Shown: positions 20,487 through 29,936 of the stretch, piece by piece | Layout of the letters: every line of letters begins with the position of its first letter | How positions within the stretch are numbered: the first letter of the stretch is position 1 | Virus record (IMG/VR): IMGVR_UViG_3300032004_000033 | Span: 1 to 37,950 of that record | DNA length: 37,950 bases | Reading direction: 5' to 3' (one strand) | Origin: a virus | Program-made: the position numbers and the translations under genes | Notes under the pieces: generated by a model | Seen by the model: only the letters and a program-made list of their open reading frames with translations | What the model was told of the DNA's origin: nothing | The model's database searches: none

Positions 20487-22100
20487 CTAGTATTCAACCT
20501 GCACGTCGTGCACGCCCGCATCTGGACGCCAATCGTCCCGCCGGGCCTCTGTCGGTTTCCCGACTATTCGCCCAATGCGCACGGGGGTTTGGGCGATTGC
20601 GCCGGCGCCGGAGTCGATGAAGTCATCGTCCTGATCGGTTAGTGCTGGGTTGAAGTCGCGCATCTGGTCCCAGATCGTTCGAAGAACGTCGATGTGGGCC
20701 CACAGGAAGCGCGCCGACAATGGAGGCTCGAAGGCATCGAGGATGCGTTTCTGTTTGTTGGCACTGCTGTGCTCTTCTCCTACGCCGCAGCCTGTGCCCT
20801 TCAAGGCTTGTTTCAAGATGGCCGGGGCAAACCCGCCCGGGCCGTTGGTTTCGATGATCACTCGCGGGATCTGGTATCGGATGACCAACTCGCGGATCTG
20901 GTACACCTGGCCGCCGTTGATGCGATCCCTTTCGTCAAACTCGGCGATTTCCCCTGTCAGCCCTGCCGCAACGTGCCAATAGAGTTGCCCGCGAGCATCG
21001 GTCAGCAACAGCGAAAAGGCCGAGGCGTCCGACTTGATCTTGCCCAGGGAGCAGTCCCAGTAAGCGACGGCGCCGACGATCTGCGTTGAGCCCAGGTACA
21101 TGGCTGCCGCGTTGTTGGCGTAGCGCATGGTCGGCTGTACGTCATAGGGGATGATGCGCTCGGGGTTCAAGCGAACCTCCGTGACCGGCTTCGAGTGAAG
21201 CTGATACTGCGAATCCCATTCGTTGATGGTGCGGGTTTTCTTTCGCCGCTTCTCCAGCTCTTTCAGGTCGAAACGATCAACCCAGGCGATGCCGGCATAG
21301 CAATCAATCAGCGTGCCAGGCGGCGTAAAGAACGCTATCCCCGTCTTGGTGAGCTGATAGTCCTTCCCCTGGACAAGAGCTCTTGCGTGCTTGCCGATGC
21401 CAGAGAAAATGAACTCCGGCGGGAACGGAACGTCGTAGGCATTCAGCTTGGCTTCTTCAATCCGATGCTCTTTGGCAAACATGCGGATGGTCAGGCAGTC
21501 GGCGCCCAGCGCCTCCTGCTCGTCATAGAGGCTGTCATGCGTGTGCGGTGTCCCAACGAACAGCAGCCGCGCACCAGGCACCATGATGTGGACCTGCTCA
21601 CCGAGCCTGTACCGAAGCTTCTCCCGGGCCTCTGGCGTGGCAATGTTCTTCGGCACCTCGACGTCATCGTTTTGGCATTCATCCGCCCGCGAACTGGTGA
21701 TGTTCGACATGATGCCGGAGGCCTGCATAGATGGATTTCGCTCGTCCTCGTTCCCAGGAACCCACCAAAACGCAGTGTCACCCTTCATTTTCCTGTGAGC
21801 ATCCAGCGTCAATGGATGCTTCCTGAGGATGGCTTTGGTGTCGCGACTGGTCTTGTAGGCCGTGGGGTCGGTGTCGCCCTGGTGCAGAATCCGATAGGTC
21901 GGATCGAGGTAGAACCGCCATGCGTTGTACAGCGCCAGGATGGTCGACTTACCAAACCCACGGAAACAGCGAAGCACCGCATGATCTCCACGGTGCTCAA
22001 GCCAGTGACAGGCCCTGACATGAATGTCCGGGACTTCCCACTTCATGCGCTTTGCCCATATCAGGAAAAACGCCAAAAAAGAGATGTACTTAGTGGACAT
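20487..22100 (-). CDS. terL: Terminase large subunit.
   Basis: Walker A FRGFGKST. Size and position fit (T7 gp19-like order, after the small subunit). Confidence 0.85.
   Translation of the reverse strand: MSTKYISFLAFFLIWAKRMKWEVPDIHVRACHWLEHRGDHAVLRCFRGFGKSTILALYNAWRFYLDPTYRILHQGDTDPTAYKTSRDTKAILRKHPLTLDAHRKMKGDTAFWWVPGNEDERNPSMQASGIMSNITSSRADECQNDDVEVPKNIATPEAREKLRYRLGEQVHIMVPGARLLFVGTPHTHDSLYDEQEALGADCLTIRMFAKEHRIEEAKLNAYDVPFPPEFIFSGIGKHARALVQGKDYQLTKTGIAFFTPPGTLIDCYAGIAWVDRFDLKELEKRRKKTRTINEWDSQYQLHSKPVTEVRLNPERIIPYDVQPTMRYANNAAAMYLGSTQIVGAVAYWDCSLGKIKSDASAFSLLLTDARGQLYWHVAAGLTGEIAEFDERDRINGGQVYQIRELVIRYQIPRVIIETNGPGGFAPAILKQALKGTGCGVGEEHSSANKQKRILDAFEPPLSARFLWAHIDVLRTIWDQMRDFNPALTDQDDDFIDSGAGAIAQTPVRIGRIVGKPTEARRDDWRPDAGVHDVQVEY
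20551..20570 (-). promoter_or_regulatory. Late-strand element (LSE), copy D, inside the terL 3' coding region.
   Basis: Minus strand reads CGAATAGTCGGGAAACCGAC, translated as R-I-V-G-K-P-T. It lies 92 nt upstream of the tail-fibre start. Confidence 0.7.
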
Positions 22101-22422
22101 GCCCGCCCGCCTGTGCGCGCTCCAGCAATGCGGTGGCTTCGCGCTCGGCTTTGGCCTGAATAGAGTCTAAATCTTCCTCTGATGCGCCAGCCGGCAGCGT
22201 GCCGCCCTGGATATGCCCAGTGATGCTCATCACCTTGACCAACAGCGTCATGGTTGCGGCCGCATTCTTCTTGCACCAATAGCGGTCGCCGCGTTCCTGC
22301 TGGGTAAGGTCTGCCGGCACCTTCTCTGCTCCCGGCCAGTTGTGCGGGTCAACTTCGGTTATGACGACTTCGCCAAGGCGTTCGCTGAGCGCTTGTAGGC
22401 GGGTGATTTGGTCGTCTCTCAT
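22090..22422 (-). CDS. terS: Putative terminase small subunit (110 aa).
   Basis: ATGA overlap with the upstream gene. Its 3' end overlaps the terL start. The call is positional only. Confidence 0.4.
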   Translation of the reverse strand: MRDDQITRLQALSERLGEVVITEVDPHNWPGAEKVPADLTQQERGDRYWCKKNAAATMTLLVKVMSITGHIQGGTLPAGASEEDLDSIQAKAEREATALLERAQAGGHVH

Positions 22423-24962
22423 GGTCTTGCCCCCACTGCTGCGCCAAGGTTCGGTGCGCGATCCGGCGCCGTGTCGCCCGGCTCCCACCAATACGATTGA
22501 TTGAATTCCTTCTTGGCCCGCTTCTTCATGCGGCGCAGGTAGCCGGGGCTGAAATACTCTTGGAGCTGGTTAAAGATCAGGTGATCGGTTGCCGCCTTCG
22601 TATACCAGAGGTTCGCGCCGGGGGTGTGGGACTTGGCAAACGCAACAAGATTGCCGCCGACCTGACTGCCCTTCCCACTGGCAGCGTTACCCTTCAACTG
22701 CGACAGCGCATCGATATCGCTCGCGATAGGGCCCAACACCGACGCAACAAACGATCTCCCCCCTTGGGTTGTGCCAGAGAACAGGAAGTCGCCGTACAGG
22801 CCCATGGCCCCACCCTTGAGCATCGAGGCCAGGCCATAGCGCAGACCAGGCACACCAAGGGTGCCGTCATCGGTGATGTCCTTCGGATCGCGCCCGGCTG
22901 CAATCTCGCCCAACTGGATCGCCATGCCGCCCAGCACGGTGGTGCTGGCGACCAGGGCGCCGAGATACCCGGCCTTGCCCCAACCTTCCTGGGCCATGCC
23001 GCGCTTGACGTGGCGCAGCACCATGCCGATGGAGAAGCTTTTGAACTGCCAGAACGAGCGCAACAGCTCGCCCTTGACGGTCCCGCGCTCGACGCCGCCG
23101 TGCATCAGCGCCTTTTCCCTGGCGCCGGGCTCAATGATCGCCATGTTGGTTTCATCCAGCACGGTGCCCAGCAGCTTGGTGGCTGCCTGATCCTTGAGCC
23201 GCTGCGGGGTTGTCTTGAGTTGTTGCGCCAACGGAGTCAGATCGGCGTCGGGGATGCGGTAGATGCTGTTCGCGGTCAGCACGGTGTCGCCGGCGCCGCG
23301 CCAGTCCTCGGGCTGAGCCAGGCGCCATACAGACCAGTCCGTCTCGGTGACGCCTTGGCCGAGTAACCGCTTGCTGTCCGCCGGGTCCATGGCCGCGATG
23401 GTCGGGTGCCGTCGGGACATGTCGCCGATGGTGTCCATCATGGTCGCGCCGAAAGCCCGCTGAGTGCCGGCGGTCAGTGCGTTCATGCCAGAGGCCTGCA
23501 TGATCTTGCTCGCAGCGGTCTGGCTGAACTTCGATATCTTCCCGGAAATCTGTTCAGTGGTGCCCAGGCCATCGGCGCCCCAGCGGTTCAGGCTGCCAAT
23601 CAACTGATTCAGGCCCAGGCCTGCACGCTGCGCCATCCGCCGATCTGCTGCGCTGGCCGGGTTGAGCATGCGTATCTCGTTGGCGAACACCTTCATAACC
23701 GGCATGCCGTTCATGGACGCGGTAAGGCCCAGCGTCCCCTGATCGGTTACGGACGTCAGCACGGCGGAGCCCAGGCGGCTGGCGACGTTCAATGCGCGGT
23801 ACGTCTCGAAGCCGTTCGCAATGGCTGCCGATGCTGGTGGCTCGCGGGTGCCGGCCACCTCTTCAAACAGGTGCTCGATCTTTTTTCGCTGCTTGGCCGT
23901 TTTGTCGACCTTCTTCGGGTCGGCCATGTCCATAGCCTTCTGTCCGTCGTCCAGGAAGTAACGCATCTGGTTGGACGGGTTCGGGCCCAGGGCCTCAACA
24001 AGCGCGATGTCCCTCGATGCCCGGTCGATGTGGCCTATCAGCAGTTCCAGCAGGTTTCGCTCGCCATAGGCCTTCTGTGCGGCTATGAAGCTTTCCGCGT
24101 CCTTGTAGTGGATCTGCCGCGACTCGCTCCCACGGTTGGCGCGCATGCCGTTGCCAGCGGCCTGGCCGGGCTCCAGCTTGTTGACGCCACCAGTCGCCAG
24201 GGTCTGCCAAGCGTGATTCAAGAAGTCGGTCAGTTCGGCATCGTTCATCGGCGTCCCGTCTTCCTTGAGGTACTTGCCACGGTTGGCCCACTGGACATGG
24301 TCGCCAACCCACTTGGCCTGGTCCTTGGCGACCTTTACCTGCGAGTGATCGCGGGGCATTGACCAATCATCCAGCAGGCCGACATCGCCGCCGGCGCGGT
24401 TGAAGCGCTGGCGCAGTTGTTCGGCGGTGTCCTGAAACTGTTTGGCCGCTGCCTTCGCTGCGGGAATGCCTGAGTCCTGGCCGTGCAGCTCGCGCACCAG
24501 CGCCAAGTTGCCGGCTTCGTCCTGGAACAGGCCTAGAAACTTGCCTTTGGTTTGGTCGATGACTTCCAGCATGCGGCTGAGCGCGTCGTCGCGGATGGCG
24601 CGAGTGGCGGACTCGATGGACTGAATGCCGCTCTTGCCGTCACTGGAGAACGCCAGCAGCCGGTCGAGCCCTTCAAGTGGCTGCTCCGGAAACCGCTGCA
24701 TGTAACTGGCGATGCGATCGTGGGCCAGGATGGTCAGCGCCACGCGCTTTTTCTTGAGGTTGGCCTCTTCCACCAGATCCTTGGCGGACTTGGTGGCGGC
24801 CTCGTTGAGCCGGTCGGCGGCGGTCTTGGATTGCCAGGTGGGGTCGGTCTGCGCCAATTGCTTCATGTTGCGGCGCACGCGACTTTCGATGCCCTGGATC
24901 TCTGGTTGTGTGAGGGGGCGGCCAATGGCCTGGGTGACCGCCTGTATGCATTCGGGGCGCAT
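22419..24962 (-). CDS. Large internal virion/ejection protein (847 aa, gp16-position).
   Basis: AGGAG 8 nt upstream. The protein is large, helical and Ala/Gly-rich with hydrophobic segments near the C-terminus. Positionally analogous to the T7 internal core proteins. Confidence 0.55.
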   Translation of the reverse strand: MRPECIQAVTQAIGRPLTQPEIQGIESRVRRNMKQLAQTDPTWQSKTAADRLNEAATKSAKDLVEEANLKKKRVALTILAHDRIASYMQRFPEQPLEGLDRLLAFSSDGKSGIQSIESATRAIRDDALSRMLEVIDQTKGKFLGLFQDEAGNLALVRELHGQDSGIPAAKAAAKQFQDTAEQLRQRFNRAGGDVGLLDDWSMPRDHSQVKVAKDQAKWVGDHVQWANRGKYLKEDGTPMNDAELTDFLNHAWQTLATGGVNKLEPGQAAGNGMRANRGSESRQIHYKDAESFIAAQKAYGERNLLELLIGHIDRASRDIALVEALGPNPSNQMRYFLDDGQKAMDMADPKKVDKTAKQRKKIEHLFEEVAGTREPPASAAIANGFETYRALNVASRLGSAVLTSVTDQGTLGLTASMNGMPVMKVFANEIRMLNPASAADRRMAQRAGLGLNQLIGSLNRWGADGLGTTEQISGKISKFSQTAASKIMQASGMNALTAGTQRAFGATMMDTIGDMSRRHPTIAAMDPADSKRLLGQGVTETDWSVWRLAQPEDWRGAGDTVLTANSIYRIPDADLTPLAQQLKTTPQRLKDQAATKLLGTVLDETNMAIIEPGAREKALMHGGVERGTVKGELLRSFWQFKSFSIGMVLRHVKRGMAQEGWGKAGYLGALVASTTVLGGMAIQLGEIAAGRDPKDITDDGTLGVPGLRYGLASMLKGGAMGLYGDFLFSGTTQGGRSFVASVLGPIASDIDALSQLKGNAASGKGSQVGGNLVAFAKSHTPGANLWYTKAATDHLIFNQLQEYFSPGYLRRMKKRAKKEFNQSYWWEPGDTAPDRAPNLGAAVGARP

Positions 24963-25008
24963 GGGCTTGCTCCTGTTTGGATGGGAGCAAGCCTATGGGG
25001 CGGGAGTA

Positions 25009-25028
25009 GACGGTTTCCCGACTATTTA
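25009..25028 (-). promoter_or_regulatory. Late-strand element (LSE), copy C.
   Basis: Minus strand reads TAAATAGTCGGGAAACCGTC (one stem mismatch). The TAA is the stop of ORF 25026-26930. It lies 47 nt upstream of ATG 24962. Confidence 0.7.
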
Positions 25029-26930
25029 GAAGCCGCGTTGCAGGAAGCAAGCGGCGGCAGCGGCGAAGCCTCGGGATTCCTCTTGCGCCTTGGCGATATC
25101 GGCGTCGGCGCTGGCCAGCATTTCTCGGGCCGACACGGTGATCGGGTTGCCTTCTGCATCCATGGCGCCGGTGGACAAGCGCATGTCATCCATGCGGGAC
25201 AAGACTTCATCAGCGAGCTGGATCTCTGGGTCTGATGCAGGTTTACCCGATATTGATTCAGCTTCGGCCCCTTCTGATGCAGGTTTGGCGGGTTCTGATC
25301 CGCTCTTCGGGGCTTTTGATGCAGTAGCCGCGCTTGCCGCTTCCGGTTTTTCCACTTCTTTTGAGGTGCCTATATCCAGCGGCTTGGCCTGCAACGTAGG
25401 CTCGGCACGCTCGATATCGTCCAGGATGCGGCGGATTTCCTGCTGCGCCACCTGGGCCATGCTCAACCGGGTGTTGCCCTCGGCCACGCCAGCAGCAAGA
25501 GGCTTCTTCTCGAAGCCCTGCACGATGGTGTCAGCGCGCCGGGCGATTCGATCCTGGAAGCGTTGCGGGACTTCGCCGCGATCCAAGGCGTTCAGGTCGG
25601 CACGGGCCAGCTCGGCAGAACGGTTGCCGGTGAGGCTTTCGCCCAACGCGGCCTGGCGGTCGGTCAGGGCCTGGCGCTCAGTATCGATCGATTCGCGGGC
25701 CGAACGCTCGGCAGCCTTGCGGCTCTGGCCCTGCTGCTGGAACTCTTTTGCTCGAGCGCGGAACGTATCGTCCAGGCCTTCCAGGCTGCGGGCTACCGTG
25801 GACAGTTCGGCCTTGACGTCGCGAACATTGGGCAAAATCCCCGCGGCTTCCTGCTCCAGTTCAAGGCGCAACGTCGGCTCAAGGTCCTGGCGGGCGGTGA
25901 CCAGCGCCACGTCGCGGCTGGGTGCGATGACCGGGGATTCGTCAGCAGTGCGCAGGAACTCAGCAGAATGAATGCTCTCTGGAAGTCTCACAGGCTCGCC
26001 ACGGCTTAACTGGCTGATAGCCGTACGAATGGCGTCTTGATGCGCTACCGCTGAACGTGGATTGATTGGCGCGCCAGGGGCGGTATCGATGTCGGCATGC
26101 TGGAACGTGCGTTCGCTAAGCGCTGCGTCAACCTGCTTGGTGGTGGGCCGGCGCAGGCTTGCGCGACCGATCCCAAAGAATGCCGCGCCCAAGATGGCGT
26201 CCGTGGCTACGGCGGTTCCGTCCATGGCCTGATACTGCGCGGCCTGGGCGGCGTAGCCGTTGCTCTCAAGCAGCTTGGCGGTAGCGCCTCGCCCGGCCAT
26301 GCCCAAGCCAACGTTCGCTCCCACAGCGATTGCAGCGTCACCAAGCAGCGGTTTAACGAAACGGGCGGCAGGCAACACGGCGCCGACGCCCATGGTTGCG
26401 GCATCAATGGCGCCTTTGTAGGTCGCGGTTTCCTCGTCCAAGCCTTCGGCCATGCCAACTTGCTTGCTGGAGTAGCCAGCAGGCGCACCAGCAGCCACAG
26501 CCGCTCCCACAGGGCCGCCAAGTACGGTACCCACCACCGTACGCGGCAGAACGGCAGCAGCCTCGCCCAGGATCTGGCCGACAATCCCGACCTCAGAAGG
26601 ATCAGGGCGTAGGTCCATGACTTCCTTGGCCGTGCCCTGCCCCAGGGTTTCCTGGCTCGACCGCTCGGCGCTGGTCACGTCAGGCGATCCGCCAAACTTC
26701 GGCTCAGGCAGCAACGCACTGGCGGCCAGGTCCAGGCCACCCTGCCACAGCGAACTGAACCCGGATTCAATCGCGCCGCCAGCTTCGAGCCCACCGCGCA
26801 GCAGGTTGGGGCCCAACGTATCAAGGGCGCCCGTGAAGGCGCCCGGCTCGGGCTTTTCCTCTGTGCGTTCGAAGCGTTGATCCTGGCTTAGCGCCTCGTT
26901 CTCTTCGACCAATCCATCGAGCCAGCTCAT
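25026..26930 (-). CDS. Internal virion protein (634 aa).
   Basis: ATGA coupling. The N-terminal region is Gly/Ala-rich and hydrophobic, and the C-terminal half is a coiled coil. gp15-position. Confidence 0.5.
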   Translation of the reverse strand: MSWLDGLVEENEALSQDQRFERTEEKPEPGAFTGALDTLGPNLLRGGLEAGGAIESGFSSLWQGGLDLAASALLPEPKFGGSPDVTSAERSSQETLGQGTAKEVMDLRPDPSEVGIVGQILGEAAAVLPRTVVGTVLGGPVGAAVAAGAPAGYSSKQVGMAEGLDEETATYKGAIDAATMGVGAVLPAARFVKPLLGDAAIAVGANVGLGMAGRGATAKLLESNGYAAQAAQYQAMDGTAVATDAILGAAFFGIGRASLRRPTTKQVDAALSERTFQHADIDTAPGAPINPRSAVAHQDAIRTAISQLSRGEPVRLPESIHSAEFLRTADESPVIAPSRDVALVTARQDLEPTLRLELEQEAAGILPNVRDVKAELSTVARSLEGLDDTFRARAKEFQQQGQSRKAAERSARESIDTERQALTDRQAALGESLTGNRSAELARADLNALDRGEVPQRFQDRIARRADTIVQGFEKKPLAAGVAEGNTRLSMAQVAQQEIRRILDDIERAEPTLQAKPLDIGTSKEVEKPEAASAATASKAPKSGSEPAKPASEGAEAESISGKPASDPEIQLADEVLSRMDDMRLSTGAMDAEGNPITVSAREMLASADADIAKAQEESRGFAAAAACFLQRGF

Positions 26931-28945
26931 TTGACTTTCACCACCATAGGTTCTTTGGTCGTCGGGTCGATCTGCACCCGGCCTGCGTTCATCAGGTAAT
27001 AAGAGCCTTCACGGCCCGGCACGGGCGACAGCGGCATATCCTCAAGCTGGCCTATCGGGAACTTGGTGCGATCGGCCATGCCTTGCAGCTGCATGTCCAC
27101 GACCTTGTCAAAGTCATCATCGGCCATGCCATAGGGCTTGATGACCTTCGCCCCGCCGCGCTCGCTCACGCCGCCGGTGGCCATGTCGATGGCCGCCTGG
27201 GCGGTGTCGCTGTCCAGATCCTCACCCTCTCCGTAAACCACCCCTTTGGCTGCGGCTGTGCCTGCGTACAGGGACTTGAAGGCCAGGAACGCCTGTTCAC
27301 GCTGCGGCGTGCCCGGGGCCATTGACGTGCCAATGTGCTCTTCGAAGGCCTTGCGAAAGGTGTTGTCCTTTGGCAGTGGAACCGACTTGTCCTTCAACAC
27401 CTTCCCGCCGGCGAGCAGCATCTTGGGCACGTCGGTGCCGTCCTGCCCCTTGAGTCCGCGGAACTGAGCCATTCCCGCCAACACGGTGATGGGTTGGTCG
27501 GCGATCAGTGGCTTGATGGCTGCGGCGTAATCGGCACCAGATGGGGAAGAGGACGCGATAGCACCCAATAGCTGCAGCTTGGTGCCGTCATCTGCCTGGG
27601 CCATTACCGACGACAGCAACGCGACCTCTTCAGGCTTGAACGGGACTCGCGCAACCTCGGGGCCGTATGCTTTGCGCACGGAGTTCACCACGTCGAAGCG
27701 CTCGGCGATCTGCTCGCCCAGCTTGGCCTGGCCCTCTGGCGTGGTGATGCCAGTGACGTCCAGGGGCGCAACGTCCTGACCGGTGCGCATGGCGTTGAAG
27801 GCCAACGGGTTGTCGCGCATCAACTTGGTGTTGTTGTCGATGGCGGTTTGCAGGCGGGCGACATTGGCCTGCTCGGATACGCTGGCGCCGGACTTCGCCA
27901 TCTGCTGACGCTTCTGCTCCACGTATTGCTGTTGCACGGCCATGGGTTGGCGCAACAGGTTCTGCACCTCGACCATCTCCCCCATGCGGGTGTTGAACTC
28001 GCCAGCAACGGACGTGCCTGCGGTAAGCGCTTTCCAACGCTGCTGGTCTGCCGGTGTTGGCGGAACGCCCGTCGCGGCCTGGCGATCCATCTGTGTGAGG
28101 GCGCGCTCTGCCTTCGACTCGCGAATCTCGGCTTGGCGCTGCTGGTGTTCCTTCACCTGGAAGATTCGACCACTGACGGTGTTGAGCAGCTGGTTGCGCT
28201 TCTCCGGGTCCAGCTTCTTGGCGTAGAAACCATCCTCGGCGGTGAGGTCGTGCTCGAGCTTTTGCAGGCTACCAACGCTTTCGCGGGATTCGATGACGCG
28301 CTGGGTCGCGTGCGTGGTCCAGTTGTCGTCCTTGAACTCTTGCTTCTTGCTGGTCCAGGCCTCGCCGAAGGCCAGGCGCCCGGCCACGTCGATGTCTTCG
28401 GCATCCATGCGGGCGTTGATCTGATCGACGTTGGCGCCGGGCATGGCTGCGTCCTTGCCCAGGATGTCCATGCGGGACGTGAGGTCGCTTTGCGCGGCCA
28501 GGATACGGCCCTTGCCGGATGCCTCGCGGACCTTGTCCAGGCCACCCAGCTGCATGCGCTTGAGCGAGTTGCCTATTTCACCCTGCTGCGCGGGGTCGAG
28601 GCCCGGGGTTTCCAGTGGTTCAAGCTTCGAAACCGCTGCGGTGTAGGCTTCCTCTGACTTTTCGTAGGGCAGTTGGCCGGCGCGCATCTGCTCATCAAGG
28701 TCATTGGCAATGGTCTTGATCTGCGATTCCCGGTCGATAAGCGCATTGCTGGCCTTCACCCGGGACAAGGCTTGATCTTCCTTGCTGACCTGATCGAGAT
28801 AGTTGAAGGCGGCGTTCTGCACCGTGTTCGCGGTCTGTTGGGCGGCGCGTACCTGGGCGCTGCTATCGGAAGCAATAACGCGGTTCTGTGGGGTTTCTTG
28901 CTGGACGTTGACCTGCCCAAAGTTGCCCAGTGGTATCTGTGCCAT
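26927..28945 (-). CDS. Internal virion protein (672 aa).
   Basis: Translationally coupled on both sides. The protein is long and helical. Call is positional. Confidence 0.5.
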   Translation of the reverse strand: MAQIPLGNFGQVNVQQETPQNRVIASDSSAQVRAAQQTANTVQNAAFNYLDQVSKEDQALSRVKASNALIDRESQIKTIANDLDEQMRAGQLPYEKSEEAYTAAVSKLEPLETPGLDPAQQGEIGNSLKRMQLGGLDKVREASGKGRILAAQSDLTSRMDILGKDAAMPGANVDQINARMDAEDIDVAGRLAFGEAWTSKKQEFKDDNWTTHATQRVIESRESVGSLQKLEHDLTAEDGFYAKKLDPEKRNQLLNTVSGRIFQVKEHQQRQAEIRESKAERALTQMDRQAATGVPPTPADQQRWKALTAGTSVAGEFNTRMGEMVEVQNLLRQPMAVQQQYVEQKRQQMAKSGASVSEQANVARLQTAIDNNTKLMRDNPLAFNAMRTGQDVAPLDVTGITTPEGQAKLGEQIAERFDVVNSVRKAYGPEVARVPFKPEEVALLSSVMAQADDGTKLQLLGAIASSSPSGADYAAAIKPLIADQPITVLAGMAQFRGLKGQDGTDVPKMLLAGGKVLKDKSVPLPKDNTFRKAFEEHIGTSMAPGTPQREQAFLAFKSLYAGTAAAKGVVYGEGEDLDSDTAQAAIDMATGGVSERGGAKVIKPYGMADDDFDKVVDMQLQGMADRTKFPIGQLEDMPLSPVPGREGSYYLMNAGRVQIDPTTKEPMVVKVK

Positions 28946-29481
28946 CAGGTGTTACCCCCAACACTTGAAACTGTTCCGTTACGACCTGCGGCCGACGCCT
29001 TCCAGGCTGAGCCAGCCTGCGCCCCAGCGGACAGCACCGTGCCGATCGATTGTGAGTTGGCGGCCGACCGCGCCTGCCGACCTGACAGCGCGTAGTTGTC
29101 AGCGTCGTTGTAGAGCCTCGCCTGCTGGTTGCGACCGTTGAAGATGGTCAACGCCGCGTCTTCCTCAGCATTGCCGATGATCTCTTCGTTGATGTTGATC
29201 GCGGTCCCTGCCCCCACCTCGACGCCTGAGGCCGCAAGGGCTGCGTTCGCCTCGCTCGCCTGGTTACGGGCAAGGCGGCGGATGCGGTCAGCCTGGACCA
29301 CCGCCGCGCTGGCAGCTGTGTCCGCGTCCGCTGATGCCTGCTCGCCCTGGGCGTCGGCATTGAGCTGCGCCTGCTTGCCTGCCTGCTGAGTCGAATAGAC
29401 CGAATAGACCGTAGCAGCAGCAACAGCGGCATATGCCGCGTACCCTGCGTATGCCGCGTACCCTGCTGCACCAACTGCCAT
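28945..29481 (-). CDS. Internal virion protein A-like (178 aa) with an Ala/Tyr-rich hydrophobic N-terminus.
   Basis: MAVGAAGYAAYAGYAAYAAVAAATVYSVY... gp13/14-position. Confidence 0.45.
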   Translation of the reverse strand: MAVGAAGYAAYAGYAAYAAVAAATVYSVYSTQQAGKQAQLNADAQGEQASADADTAASAAVVQADRIRRLARNQASEANAALAASGVEVGAGTAININEEIIGNAEEDAALTIFNGRNQQARLYNDADNYALSGRQARSAANSQSIGTVLSAGAQAGSAWKASAAGRNGTVSSVGGNT

Positions 29482-29483
29482 GA

Positions 29484-29927
29484 TTAGATCTCCATCATCA
29501 AGAGGGGCCCGATGTTGCGCAGGCCCTGGGATTCATAAAGACGGGTCGTTCCTTCGACGTTGACGCCGGTTCCGATACCCATGTGGATTTGCTTGGCACC
29601 CTTGATCTTTGCCCACTCTTGGAAGGTTTTAATCAGGCGGATGGCAATCACCCCATTACGCTTGGAGGGCTCGACGAACAGCGAGTAGTCATAGGCGATC
29701 AGGTCATTGCTGAACCATTGATCAGTTACGCCGCCAGCCATGCCGCCAACCACTTCGCCGCCAACCTCGGCAACGAAAACAACCCCCGCGCCGTTGATGA
29801 GGTCGTGGAGGAAGTTGGCCGATTTCTCTGGGCAGTAGTTCATCGAGGCGTAGTTGCTGGTCGCATGAAGGATGTTTCCCAGCTCGATCAGCCTGGGTAC
29901 GTCGGAATGTTTGGCGGGCCGAATCAT
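29484..29927 (-). CDS. GNAT-family N-acetyltransferase embedded in the virion module.
   Basis: VVFVAEVGGEVVGGMAG...YDYSLFVEPSKRNGVIAIRLIKTFQEWAKIKGAKQIHMG is a GNAT core. Hand counts of 100-nt samples gave about 51% GC at 29581-29680 against about 67% at 30301-30400. Confidence 0.75.
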   Translation of the reverse strand: MIRPAKHSDVPRLIELGNILHATSNYASMNYCPEKSANFLHDLINGAGVVFVAEVGGEVVGGMAGGVTDQWFSNDLIAYDYSLFVEPSKRNGVIAIRLIKTFQEWAKIKGAKQIHMGIGTGVNVEGTTRLYESQGLRNIGPLLMMEI

Positions 29928-29936
29928 GGGTGCACC

